Below are positions 13,720 to 26,888 of a stretch of DNA of 64,000 bases, in pieces; position 1 is the stretch's first letter; each line of letters begins with the position of its first letter. Where the stretch lies: the NCBI GenBank assembly GCA_977020255.1, contig CDROCS010001825.1:310001-374000 (forward strand), given 5' to 3'. The notes beneath the pieces are model-generated. The model saw only the letters and a program-made list of their open reading frames with translations, ran no database searches and was not told the origin of the DNA. Both the position numbers and the translations under genes were made by a program. The DNA comes from Obrimoposthia wandeli. Lineage: Eukaryota.

Positions 13720-14720
13720 GAAATATTCTAAAGACATCTGCTTGTTTCAATGAAGTGTGATGACGATGGTGTTGCTACAGACAGAGTTAAGTGCGACCAT
13801 GTGAAGAATTCCTGAAAGTCAGTGGTGGAAGCACTGGTGCCATACAAAACCACCTGAAAATGAAACATACCATCAAATTTGGAAACAGCCCTGTCAAGAC
13901 CTCCTACCATTAAATATTTTCAAACAGTCCGTCTTCGAAATAAATGCATAATGAATGTAAATCTCGTAGACATGATTACTGGCGAAGTTTATCACAACAT
14001 CCTCTTTCGAACTTTACGAAGGTTTTGAATAATAATGCAAAACTTCCTTCAAGGCGAACTTTATGACGTAGGGTGACTGATGCTCATGATTCGTAGAAGG
14101 CTTGTCTTTGTGTTCTAAAGGACTACTATGGATTTATATCACTTTCCAGTGATTCATGGACTCAAAAATGTTTCATTACTGCAATTACAGTTTACATGCA
14201 GTGTAACTCAGCAACAATTTGAAGCGACTAAACGATTTAGCAATCCGGAACAATATGGAATTTATTGTACAAACATTGGATATATTTAACAGCGCAACAA
14301 AGAAGCTTATAACCATCAATAATTCTCCAATCTTGCTTGTTTATTCTTCACTCATCATTATTAAGAACCGAATGATTTTTACTGATAACAATTGCAGCTC
14401 TAAGTTTAAGGAATTAAAGCAGAGTTTTCTAACTGCATTTAAGTACTACTTCAAAGAAGACACATTTGCTTCAAAGGAACTTATTTTGAGTGCCTGACAA
14501 AATAAAAGCCGAATCTTTTATTAAAGATCCATTTAGAGAGATACCGAATAAATCGATTTGTAATCTGGAGATCTAAAATCTTGTAAGCCTTACTTCATCT
14601 TAAAACACGATGTACCAACTATTATTGCGGCAAAAGTTTTTTTCGGCTAAAAATGAAAAAAGGTTAGGTTGAACCTTCACTGGTTGACAAACTAATTTTT
14701 ATTAATTCTATTAATTCAAT
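13720..14720 (+). mobile_element. hAT (BED-finger, Ac-like) transposase relic
   Basis: Frameshifted VKCDH/CEEFLKVSGGSTGAIQNHLKMKH BED finger; ORF 14219-14497 resembles hAT core; EPSLVDKLIFINS C-terminal motif. Confidence 0.7.
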
Positions 14721-14954
14721 TAATTCAATTAAGCATAATTAAATGTAATTTATGTTAAATATATTTTTTGGATGTTAAACTTTTTCCATCTGCTTAAACG
14801 CGGTTAACACGGATAGTATCGCTAAAAGGAGACAGTTTTATGTTTAGTGGTTTTGAAAGGAAAAAAAACTTTTTAATCTAATTGATCAAATTAAGAATAT
14901 TTTCAGATGAATAAAATGAAAACTGGGGCTATAATATTTGAATCTAATAATAAT

Positions 14955-15190
14955 ATAAACCGTATTAAAGAAAAGTGCCAGTCCGAGTGAAAATCTAATG
15001 AAGCTCCATTGGCTGCCGATCTATGCCCGAATTGAATTCATGATACAAGTTATTATCAAAAAAAGTATTTTTTCATATACGAAATATATGATGATATTCT
15101 CGAATTTGGTGCAAAGAACACGTATACATATTTCTCATTCTTTTGAAGCCTTATATTAAATTTAATTTTGTTATTGCTAATAGTGTAGCT
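14955..15190 (+). mobile_element. L2/CR1-group LINE 3' relic
   Basis: SENLMKLHWLPIYARIEFMIQVIIKK. Confidence 0.7.
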
Positions 15191-15274
15191 AAGACTGTTA
15201 TAGCACGGATTTGCACACCATTTTTCTAATACACACATTTATTGTTTTCATGCTTCTCCATTATTGTGATGCAG

Positions 15275-15468
15275 GATGATCGACGCGGAGAATCCCCGTA
15301 AGCCACAGTTGATGCCTGGATTCGGAACCCGCAAGTATAAGCTGAATGCAATGGGCAACAGCATGGACAGTACCAATGAACCGCAGGCGCCTACAACTCC
15401 CAACATCATCCTCAGCAGACCACAGCCTAAGGTCAGAAGAACTCAGACACAGCGACGAGAAAAAGATT
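15275..15468 (+). CDS. Exon: FERM-adjacent (FA) region
   Basis: MIDAENPRKPQLMPGFGTRKYKLN...IILSRPQPKVRRTQTQRREKD; phase 2 in, phase 1 out; gtgagt donor. Confidence 0.85.
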
Positions 15469-17039
15469 GTGAGTTCCTTCGGTAAATTTATAAGGGTAAC
15501 TATTCTCATTAATCCTTTAAGAAGTCTACCACAGCTTGCCACAGACTCACTAATATATTAAAACAAATTGCTTTTGATAGCCATCTTAAATATGTACGTA
15601 GTAGCAGATGTTTAAAATCTTCCTCTTCACAAAATTTGTGAAATTTCACGAAATAGCTTTTATAAAATTTATAGCTGATATAGCAGCATTAAGATTCTCC
15701 TTCATATTACCACCTAAATGTTTTAATGCCAAGTGTTGTCGGTGTATTATGCAGTACATTCATATTATATGTGGAGCAATAGTTCTCATTAACGATACTC
15801 ACTTTTCATCTGGCATTCTATGGGAGCCACACATCTGTACTGATATGGATTAAATTATTAAGGGAAAATTATTATTTTCATTATGAATTGTTAAAATATC
15901 TAAATCTAAAACAATATCCTCTGTATAAGTGTTTTCAGATAAATTTCTAATGAATAACAATTCTTCTCTGACATCGTTTTGATAAAGAAATCTAACATTT
16001 GAAAACCTTAAGGCCTGGTTAGGAATAGTGGTTTCATCAACTTGAATGTAAAACTTTGAATTTCTCAGAAGTTTTATTAATTTCTCCTCAACATTTCATC
16101 TTGTCTTGTAACTTTCATTCTTGAAAGAGGAACATTATTTAGAATTGATAAAGCATATTTTTCCATAAGTTCTTCAGTACAAGATAATAAAGTAGGCTTT
16201 ATCAATTTCTTTCCATATCCTTGAGAAGCTCCGACGTCTGGCTATGATGTCAGACACTAAACAACGAAGCTTTAATGATTCAATCTGTGACGTATTCGTT
16301 TTCTTGAATTTAATCTAATTTTGATGGCCCATTTGCTTTTATTTCAAAATATTTTAAATTTTTAGCTACAGGTAACGGATGTTTTGTTTCATGATAAATC
16401 TCCAACTTTACTTTAAGATTTCATCGTTAGGCATAATTATATGCGAGAAAATGTTAGAAAAATTAGGCCACATTAGATTCAAACTCGCTTATTAAAAAAA
16501 TTATAAAAACAAAAAGTTATTCTATTGTTTAATTTTTTTTTAAAACCAGGGTATCACTTTCCAGTTTGCTAAAATACAATTAAAAGTAATAATAAGTATA
16601 TTATTTTGTAAAAATTAAGTTGCTTTTTTCACAAAATGTATAATTAAAATTTAAACAAAATTTATATTAAATAAATTAATCATATTTTAATGACCTTTAT
16701 ATTTAAAATTAAATACATTGAGAAAGTTTTAAATTTTTATTAAAAAAATCGACATTCGAAGGTTGAACTTGGCAACTGTTTTTTAGTTATTTATGCCCTA
16801 AAAATTAGAAAATAGTAGTTTTAACCCAAATTCTATTTTTTATGTTACATGGTTAAATTGTTTATTAAAAATGATGATTTTAAACCACCTAATATTTGTT
16901 ATTTATACAAATTTCACTGATGTATTCTAGTTCTCCTTATAATATGTATTTACTAAATGACTTTCTAATTTTGTATCAATATACAGATTCGGTCTATATT
17001 AAAGACGCCGTATTTCTCCTCTGAAGCGTTCATGGGATA

Positions 17040-17420
17040 AATGTAGATTGACTTTATTGATGCACTAGAAGGAGGAGGGGGAAATACGGTATTTGCTTAT
17101 CCCAATTAGCAGAAATATATCTCCCGCAGCTGAGCTCATCACCGTAGTGTAAACACGTTGCATCCGCCATCAAATGGTCACAGATTTCCTGAGAAATTGG
17201 AGTTCTCTGTGTCTCAAGTGTTCTGCGGCGAAGTAAATTGGGACAATAACTTCAAAAATGATGTGTTGCATTTCTCTATGTGACAAGTTTCTGATAAATT
17301 TATGAGATTTGTTAAATATTTTCTTAACTGTTGGATCCATTGAGTAAATGATTTTCAAAATAACACAAGTAAAATATATGGTGAGCTCATTAAAATTTCG
17401 ATTCCACTTTATCAAATAAG
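17040..17420 (-). mobile_element. Possible Gypsy integrase relic
   Basis: Broken-frame pieces QEICDHL and WDKQIPYF resemble integrase motifs; very degenerate. Confidence 0.3.
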
Positions 17421-19119
17421 AAAAGTTTTACAACAGCTCCACTACTGAAGCACGCTAAACCTTACTCGAAATCCAGTTACAGTTACTCAATTTCATTTGT
17501 CCGATAATGAGTAACCCACACATGTAAAATACAAGTACAAACCTCACGAGTTTTGAATTAAATCCTACACCTTTGAAGTCGCGTAAATGGTACATGGGTT
17601 TCGGGTCAAGTATAAATTTGTATTTTTAAATTACGATAAAGTGCAATATTTTTGGAACTGTTTAAAAGCGTTTCTAATTATTTAAAAATAAAAATAATTT
17701 TAATTAATTTAAGTAATATTTAAAATAAAATGTTATAATAATTTAATTAAAATTATAAAATTTATATAAAACGCTTTCTCAAATAATATTTAATTACATT
17801 TTCTTAAGTTTAATTGAGCATATTTTCATTGCCACACATTCACTAATGTATCGAAAAAAATCCCCCAAAAAAAGAACTTTCCGCTAAAAAAAGTTTAAAA
17901 ATATTATATTAATATTACACTTTTTTGTTATACGGCGTAACTGTTACACGGACGTTTAAAGTTTACACGAACAATTGTTTGCATAAAAATTCGTGTAAAC
18001 GTTACGCATGGCTTTTATAGTCCTGCTTACATTTTTATAATAAGGTATTTCTCTGTACAAAACGTTTTCAAGTTGTGCGAAAAATTCGTAACCGTGTAAA
18101 TTTGTAGTTTTAATTACTGTATATTTGTGGTAAAAGCCACATCTTCGTAAGCAAGATTGAAAATGTAAGAAAACATATAAACCTGGATATAGTATGCCAT
18201 AAAATAAGATGCTAATTTTTGATTTTTTGCTTAGAAAGTTAATTATTATCTACTTGTCAAAAGTAAACGTTTATTTAAACTACAAAAATCATTATCATAT
18301 GTAGTAAGTGGAATACATAACTAATACAAAGTATATGCGAATATTGATTGAGTAAGAAAAAATGGATTATGATCTGAATACTGTATGACGAAATTAAAAT
18401 CTATTTATGGATTAATTGTGAACAAAACCACGTACTTATGATTGTACTCCAAAACGTCACCGGTTCTGCACTCTGAAATCAGAGAAATCAGCTTGCACAT
18501 TTTTGTCGTGTCTGGATGGTTTTCGTTAGTCACTACTTTATAATTTGCATGCCTAATGCAGGTAGGCACACTTTGTTAGCATTGAAAATACTTTAGTTGT
18601 TCCAGCTGAAATCGATGAATTTTCATGAATAATCAGATATGAAAAATTTGTTGTAAACTTTGACTTTTAAGCTCAGATTAATTCATTATAAAACAAACAA
18701 TAAAAAATTGAATAAAATTTATGAATATTTTTTAGTAATTTTACCAGATCATCGACAGTCTCTTTATGGCAGACGATACAGTTCTCAGTTAATTTGCCAA
18801 AGGCTCAAAAAGAGGCGACTGTATCTGAGGTAAAACTGGCCTCTAAATTAAGGAGTTGAAGTATATTTCAAATATATTAAATTACTTTAATATTAAATAT
18901 GCATCAAAAAAATTTGGATGATATAAGTTTTTAAGCATATTAATAAAACGTCATTTAATAACAATAAAATATATTTAATATAGCACTAATCTATGATTTA
19001 CTAGTAGAAAACACTTCCTGTTTTCGATTATTTGTCGTAATATTTTCTGAATAGTAAAGCCTTCAGCTGCTTTATAGTTTCTTATATCCATCGAAAGATT
19101 GTTGTTTGTTTGTTATTTG

Positions 19120-19490
19120 AGAATTTTAAACTCATTTCTAGATAAGATAAGAATTATCGTTGCCCCTAAGATGTATATACATGCTCACTACACCAGGCTC
19201 GAGAAGAGCATATAAATATTTTGGCTTTTGTCAGATAATACTTTTTTGATAACAATTTGGATCTCGAATTCAATTCTGGCATCGATTAGCAGTCAATGGA
19301 GCTTCATTAAATGTTCATTTGTACTGGAACTTTTCTTTAGTTTGAATATAATTCTGAGTGTTTTGTTTAAATTTTTTGCAAGTGATTTAATTGATAAATT
19401 GGTATGTTAAAAAAGTATTCCGTTGAAATTCAAGTCTTGATGTAATAAACGCAAGTGTTAGCATTGTAGTTCTCTCAGTAGTAAGGTATT
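19120..19490 (-). mobile_element. L2/CR1-group LINE 3' relic
   Basis: Colinear DNA similarity to 6400-6770 (aggctcgagaag...aatattt, gcagtcaatggagcttcattaaatgttca). Confidence 0.7.
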
Positions 19491-20178
19491 TTCTTTTTCG
19501 GTAAATATTTTTTATATGACTATAAAATATTATTTATTTTATTTTTTAAATTAATAAGTTTTTCACCGATATGTAAGAAACTTATTTTTCTTTAATACGG
19601 TTTATATTATTCTTAGATCCAAATAATTTAAACTGAGTTTTATTTTCACTTTTCTCTAATTGTCTGGATTTCATCCATATATCTATTTGATTAATAATAT
19701 TTTCCATTTCAGAAAATGTGATTGTGATGTCACCCGAATCACAATTAACTTATTGTAGTGTTAACTTATCTTAAACGTGAAAATGAATACCATAATTTTT
19801 TCTTCTTAATAATCGATATGATTGACGAAGTATAAAGAAAATAGGATAATACTAATAATTAAACGTGAAAGATTACTGCATTTTAGGTATTCAATATCTC
19901 AGATATTATTATAAACAGATTGTTTGCGCAAAAGTAAATAACTTTCAAACCCATTCAACTCCTTTCCATTGAATCAAATATTTTCCAAAGTTTTAAAAAA
20001 AATCATGATTAACAGTGTCGAATGTTACGGTTAGATCTAAAATTACTTTAAACACATATTTTTATAACAAATATTAATTTATTGTAAACCAGTATCCAGT
20101 CACATTAGCTACTCATGGGCGCTGAATGAATTCGTCAATTTTCATAGAACTGTAGTTTGAAAATATTTCGGGAATTTC

Positions 20179-20338
20179 TTATGCTGAATAGCAATTTATT
20201 GTACAATTTTGCACATCATATATTGAAGTCGATTTTCTTGAACTTTTATTGATACGAGAACTTTCAATCCAAGTTTAAGAAAATCGGCTTTCAAGATATA
20301 ATATGCACAATTGTACAATTAATTTCCATTCAGCATAA
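20179..20338. repeat. Degenerate palindrome (MITE-like)
   Basis: ttatgctgaat...gattttctt inverted as aagaaaatc...attcagcataa. Confidence 0.75.
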
Positions 20339-20342
20339 TACA

Positions 20343-20553
20343 TGTATTTTTATAATAAACCACTTAATTAAAAGATATATTGCATCTACAATAACCAAAT
20401 ACATCGGAATGGCTTCAAAAATGACGATTTTTTAGATTGAATGTTCGAGTATCAATCTAAAACATTGTCATTTTTTCGATGTTTTTTCGATGTATTTTGT
20501 TATTGTAGATGCAACATATCTTTTAAATAAGTGTTTTATTATAAAAAAATACA
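20343..20553. repeat. Near-complete palindrome (MITE-like)
   Basis: tttttataataaaccactt...ttagattga / tcaatctaa...ttattataaaaa with about 11-nt loop. Confidence 0.8.
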
Positions 20554-20989
20554 GTTTTAAACCAGTAATAATATTTTGAAATGGATTTTCATCTTTAACC
20601 CAATTAATTTCATTAAATGTGGAGTAACATTCTTCCTTCTTCCTATCAGGAAGCTAAAGGAGACAGCTTTATTCAAAATGTTCTGCAATTCATTCAATCA
20701 TTTATTTGATACGTTAGTTAGCAATGTATTATGTAATTATGGTTTTAAAGCCTGACTTTTAAATTTCAATAATCTGATAGTGTTAAAAAATACAAATTCC
20801 AATTTGAAAAGAGTTATGTAATCAGATACCAGAAATATTCTACTTGTAATAATTTGTTAATGAAAAAGTTCTCCTCGAAAGAAAGAACAGATAAAACATG
20901 TAATTCTATAAAATGCGATAGTGACTAAATTCTAGGACATTATATTGAGGAATTTGGGAAAATATTGATGTGTTCTAAGTTTAATTTAG

Positions 20990-22340
20990 GATATACCAAA
21001 ATTGTCTCAATAAATTGAGACTATCGCCGATTCAATTTGTCAAAATCCTAGACTACAAGCAATACATTTAGAAAACGAAGTTAATGAAATGATTGAAAAT
21101 TTCCTCAAAGTGCACGTAATTAGGCGTTATGAAAGTATTTGGAACTCGCCATTAATTATTGTGTAGAAGCCCGACAATACAATTCGAATGTGTTTTAACT
21201 ACAGACAATTGAATGCTTTAACCAATAAGTTTACATTTCCAATACCGGATGCACAACTCTTGTTCGAATGTCTAGGTGATGCTAAAATATTTACGACATT
21301 AGATATTGGACAAGCTTATTACCAGGTAGATCTAGAGAATGAGTATCAGACAAAAACTGCCTTCAGTACAAATTTAGGGCAATTTAGTTTCAAATGGTTT
21401 CCACTTGGGTTGGCTACAGCACCTGCAATATTCCAGAATCTGGTGCATAAAATATTGGATGGTTTGCTATTCAAAGGAACAATGGCATACCTGGATGATA
21501 TCCTTGTTTATAGTAACAACCAATATGAACATTATAAATTATTAAGGGAAGCATTCAAAAGAATTGAAGCTGCAGGACTCAAAATAAGCCTTAATAAATG
21601 CTACATTTGACGGAAACAGTTAAAATTTGTAAGTCATACCATAACAGCAAGCGGAATACATACAAATCAGTCAAAAGTCAATGAAATTTTAAATTTTAAA
21701 GAACCAAATTGTAGCGAAAAGCTAAAATCATTCTTAGAAAAGACAAACTATTATCGACGATTTATTAAAGATTATGCCAATATTGTAACTCCACTATATG
21801 TGGCGGGTTCCGGAGATAAGAAGTCAATATAATGGTCACCGGATTGTTAAACAAGTTTTGCACTCCCCAAAGAAAAATTAACAGCCCCCATATTAGACTT
21901 TCCCAAGTGAATTATAAAATTTATAAGTGATACAGACGCAAGCTTTGGTGCGAATGGGGCAGTATTAAGCCAACTGCATGAAATGAGAAACAAAAAAGTG
22001 ATTGCATTCACTTCAAGACATTTGACTTCTCATGAGAAAGGATATTGTGTTACCAGAAAAGAACTTTTAGCAATATAAGAATTTATTATGCATTTCAAAC
22101 AATATTTTTATGGAACATATTTGTTGTCAAGAACAGATCATAAAGCAATAGCGTTTATAATGATGACGAAAAAACCAATCAGTCCTTAATTTCAAACATG
22201 GCTGGTAAATTTCTCAAAATTTAATTTTAAGTTAGAACATCGCTAAGATATTGACCATGGTAATGCCGATGGCCTGTCAAGATTGAATGAGACAGTCTGT
22301 ACTCAGTGTGAAACTAGAGATATAGATGCACAAGAGAAGA
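20990..22340 (+). mobile_element. Ty3/Gypsy pol relic (RT + RNase H), multiple stops/frameshifts
   Basis: WNSPLIIV*KPDNTIRMCFNYRQLN, FTTLDIGQAYYQV, FPLGLATAPAIFQ, AYLDDILVYS, TDASFGANGAVLSQ, HGNADGLSRL. Confidence 0.92.
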
Positions 22341-23499
22341 GATCTAAAATATGATATATTCCCTCACTAAAAAAAGACAACTTCTTGAGTAAGATAAGAA
22401 AAATACATCAGGAAAATATACGATATATTCACTCACTAAATGAAGACGAAGTTGTAAGATAAGAAAATACAACAGGAAGATATTCACGTGAAAGAATTGA
22501 AAGTTTTCCATCTAAAAATTAAGGATTTATCAGAAGAATGCAGAAGAAGTTGAATCAAGAATGGAATGGCTGAAGAAGTGCAAGCTTGAATATTGAAGGG
22601 AGAGTTATGTAATCAGAAATATCCTACTTGCAATAATTTATTTATGAATACGTATTTAACATATATAATATAAATTGTGTTGTAGAATCTGACTCTTGAA
22701 TAATGTATACTATAGAAAACGTAACTAAAATCATTTCAACTTTGAATACATTGTTTTATTGTTGACATTTTGACTTTAGTTGATTTGCTTTTAGTAAAGC
22801 TGAGCAAATTGATATCATCATAGAATCATTTTCATTTATCATTCCGGCTTATTCTACAATAGTTTTCTATTGATTTAACGGTGTTAGAGATTCTGAAATT
22901 CACAAGCTTCAGATAACGCTGACAACGTATGCACGTGTGTGCTTATTTGTCACGATAAAATTAATGTGGGTGGTCATAAATTGTTAGAGCAATTTAAAGT
23001 AGCTTTATGCTGATTTTGAATGTCATATGCTAAATCAAATTTAAAATAAACATGGATCAGGTTGAATTCAGCATTATATTCAGCATTATATTCAGCATTA
23101 TTGCAAACCAAAATATGAAAAAAGATTTAAACTGTATATAATAAATTCTTATAAGTTTTATTTTAAAGCTATTCTTGTAAAATTACAAAAACTCTTTAAA
23201 TTCACGAAGTTCATATAGTGTAACCAACACTTATAGATTTGTTTCATAAATGTGAAATTTTTATTTATTTTATTTTTTGTAGCATAATAGCATTTAACAA
23301 TCTTTAAAATATTTTTTAATGAAAAATACAATAAGTTGGCCTCCATACAAAGGACTAAACAGTCACGCCAAAAAACGACTGTATAGTTTTCATGTGACTT
23401 GTGAGATGTTTGATGGATACTGTGAAGAAAACCATCTTGACAGTAAAGCAATGAAACAGCAAAAATCTTGAAAATCTTGAAATGGATTATCCATTGATG

Positions 23500-23950
23500 G
23501 ATTGCCCCTGATCAAGTCATTGGCGGTGTTTTCGTATCGATTATGTGTGCTAAATCATTTTCAGTTTACCAACGTATTACTCAGTCTCAATTCATTGGTC
23601 TTGAACATGATATGGTGTTGCCTTGTCTCTAAATTATACTGAGTTTAATGAAAAAATTGTGAAGCAGAACTTCTGAAAAAAGTTGTTGAATTGACCGATG
23701 GTGCATTCAAGGGCCTACATATCAGGGAATTTGGATAACAGTTTGGACGAGCTGGAGTTGGTGATCCAAATATTTTAGGTAATAGTATCATCTGACTTCA
23801 TGGAGATTGTAAATGTTTGTTTAATGTAGAGTGTCACTATCATCTGGACATTGTTTCAGAAAACTCTTGGGGTGACTGAGAGACGTAGTGGAAAAAGACA
23901 TCTTGACATCGGAGTAACGACACAGCAATAATTGGGATTTTTGTCGTTTT
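23500..23950 (-). mobile_element. Possible RT relic (LTR/DIRS type)
   Basis: LFPLRLSVTPRVF and SDDTIT echo LPFGL..APRVF and YLDDIL; highly decayed. Confidence 0.3.
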
Positions 23951-24335
23951 CGTTGGATAATCTAGTATGCAGTACAAACGACAATCTAAATCAAAAGTTC
24001 ATTTAGCCAATAAATAAATAGTGAACTATTTTACTGATTGTAGTATTAATTATCTAGACAATGCATATAATCATGTAATCTTTATGATTATGAAATTAAG
24101 GATTTTCATAATTACTTTATTATGGATATCCTTATTCAGAATTACCTCATCGTATCCACACTAGGCATTTATGTCTCCCCAAATGTTAGGGGTATTTGGT
24201 TAAAATTCATAATACGTATCAAAGGCATCCATAACGATTAGATTGTAAATTTCCAACTAAGTCTGAAATTTATTTTATTGAATTGCTGCTGGAATAAATG
24301 AGGTTGAACATTGACACTTACGGAAATCGTGACAG

Positions 24336-24526
24336 CACTTGTGACTCCGAGCGGGATCGCGCCAGTCGCCAACAACGATGAGATATTTGAAATCGACGAC
24401 TCCGATATACAGCGACCCGACCTCATCGACGAGTACTGGAAGATGACAGTCCACGACGCGAGTCCCGAGATGGGAATAGATACTGACGGACTGGATGTGG
24501 CAGCCAAGGAAGGCTCAGGCTGGCAG
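24336..24526 (+). CDS. Exon: linker and start of SPRY domain 1
   Basis: YWKMTVHDASPEMGIDTDGLDVAAKEGSGWQ aligns with DDX1 SPRY start as recalled (WQMNPYDR..FAIGSDGL.CQSRE.KEWH); phase 1 in, 0 out. Confidence 0.85.
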
Positions 24527-24711
24527 GTGAGTGATGTTGACTGGTTTAATATCCACCTGTAACTGGGATTTCATTCATAATTTGGCAGTTATGTTAATGT
24601 CGTAATTTATTACGGCTGTTATCAAATTAATATAATATTTTATTCATAATTCAGCTACTGACTATTGTGAATAGTCTAAATTAAACTAATATTGGCTGCC
24701 ACTTACAACAG

Positions 24712-25072
24712 GGTTGTAGAGCCAACCGTGGAGTGAAGGGCCCAGGCATGTACTACTACGAGGGTAAGGTAGTTGAGGACGGTCTTGTGCGTCTGGGATG
24801 GGCTACAAATGAGGCCAGTCTGGATCTTGGTCGGGACAATCTAGGATTCGGCTATGGAGACAGTGTTGCCGGCGATCGAATGAAGGATAGAAATGGCAGG
24901 AAGCGACACGCAGACAAAGAAGAGCCGTATGGAGAGCCGGTACATGAGGGTGATGTGATCGGCTGCAGCATCGACTTCGATAATGACCGTATCTTGTGGA
25001 ATAAGAACGGCATAAACTTTGGACCGGCATATACGATACCACAGGAGCTGCAAAATGAGGCATTCTTTCCCA
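24712..25072 (+). CDS. Exon: core of SPRY domain 1 (DDX1-type)
   Basis: GCRANRGVKGPGMYYYEGKVVEDGLVRLGWATNEASLDLGRDNLGFGYG...GDVIGCSIDFDNDRILWNKNGINFGPAYTIP...AFFP; caacag acceptor, gtgagt donor. Confidence 0.93.
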
Positions 25073-26689
25073 GTGAGTACATTTGCTTGGCTGTCGGAGT
25101 TATACAGACTGGATTCTTAGGACTGTCATTGTAAGAACAATCCAATAGGAATAAAAGCAAAATGTGATATAATAATTTCCATATTTCGATTTATATCCTT
25201 ATAAACTTATCATATTCACGGCTTATAATAATTTAATATACTTTAACTAGAACGCGACTCTCTTCAATCAGTCAATTTTGAACTGTTTGCAAATTTCTAC
25301 AGGGATGTTTTTGTACCTACCAAAGTTAATTTAATAGTAATATTTTAAAAATCATACCACATCGTTGTTTTAACATTGAAAATGCTGTTTTATCTGTAAG
25401 GAGATAATGAAAAATACGCTCATTTGTATAATTCAACAAGGTATCTTTGAACTGTGGTTTCATTCTAGGGAAATTTACTTCAAAATGTTGGGTTAACTAA
25501 ACTCGTTCTGATTACTCAACATTTTCTTTGTCAACTAGCTACTTAATTTGTGAAATGAATACCAATAAAGTAAATCAGAAAAGGAAGTAACTGGGTAGGT
25601 ATTGTTGACATTGACCTTTTTATTTAATATCTGATTTCAGTGTTTGCTTCTTTGGCTTCTAAAAACCCAGTCTTGCTGACAATTTTATTTGTGGGTCTTA
25701 AGCCCTATAAAACTTACTTATGAAATCAGAAACCGGAAATATCATACCTAGAATATTTGTCAATAAATATCCTGTGTACATGAATTAATCTTGTTTTTTG
25801 TAGAATCTGACTCTTGAATCTTGTCTTCAATTGAAGTCAATGAAACCAATGTTGTTAAACATAGAAAGTTTCCAGTGAAATATATCATTGAAATAACATT
25901 GAAACATGTACATACTTCTTTAAGTGTTTGTAGAGGGTAACGTTCACCCGTTTGCTTTCGGACATCACATTATAAATATTGATGCAGTCCTATTAAACTC
26001 ATCAACAGGCTTTTATAATTTTCAGTACACTCGATCGCGCCTAACGTTTTCCAGGTCTTAAGACGTTTGAATGTTGATGTAGCCATAACAAGTCTTTTAG
26101 TACTGCATCTAAATGTCTAAATTTACAAAACATTAACTTTTACATGAAAAAGCTTACTCGTTACATCTTCTTCCCGTTGTTAAGTAGGTGTATATTCTAA
26201 CCGTTCGACACATCTCGTAAGAAATTCAATGTAAAAATAATTTTCTTGAACATTGTAGTAAGTCGATAGTCACGTGATTTTCATAACGCTATTGAGTATT
26301 GAAAGACAATATTCTATTTCTTCGCAATACAGGAATATTTAAAATAAATCTGACTCGTTCATTCTGTCAATTCAATGTCTTAAATTTGGCTATTATCATA
26401 TACAATGTGCAGATAAAAAGCATTCGGACAAATAAACAGAAAAAATGTTTGAAAACAAAACTACACATTATTAATTTTAAAAGTAAAATAAATAACATTA
26501 GTTGCATCGATTGTCAAATTAATAAAGTTATCAGAACATGCAACAGTCATATCAAAAATATATACCTAATAAGAAAATAGCTTACCACTAATATATTTAT
26601 ATATATATATTTTGTTATACATAGCATCACAACTGTTTTACATAACTTAATCATTTTTAGATTCCATTTTTGACGAATTTCTAAGTTTT

Positions 26690-26886
26690 TCCAGATTTCT
26701 AATGAGCTACTGAGAGATCAGAAATAGTAAGTGAATTATGCTCTGTAAATCGAGTGGATGCCCCAAGCAAGACAATAATATATTCATGGATTAAAGAATT
26801 TAAAACAATGTACCAATCCATACAACAAATCTCACAACAACAGCAAAACCGTCAAGTTCATTTATGACATTAAAGAAACCTCTATA
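26690..26886 (+). mobile_element. mariner transposase N-terminal relic abutting the maT element
   Basis: SELCSVNRVDAPSKTIIYSWIKEFK resembles the mariner HTH. Confidence 0.6.
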
Positions 26887-26888
26887 TA

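Noticed and set aside
17960-18005. gtttacacga...tcgtgtaaac hairpin as a regulatory element
   Set aside because: Short stem among degenerate repeats, probably a decayed transposon subterminus; no independent support
26299-26580. 93-aa ORF (and similar ORFs at 4334, 23158, 41849, 54017, 60862)
   Set aside because: I/K/N/F/L-rich composition typical of chance ORFs in AT-rich DNA; no splice signals or motifs
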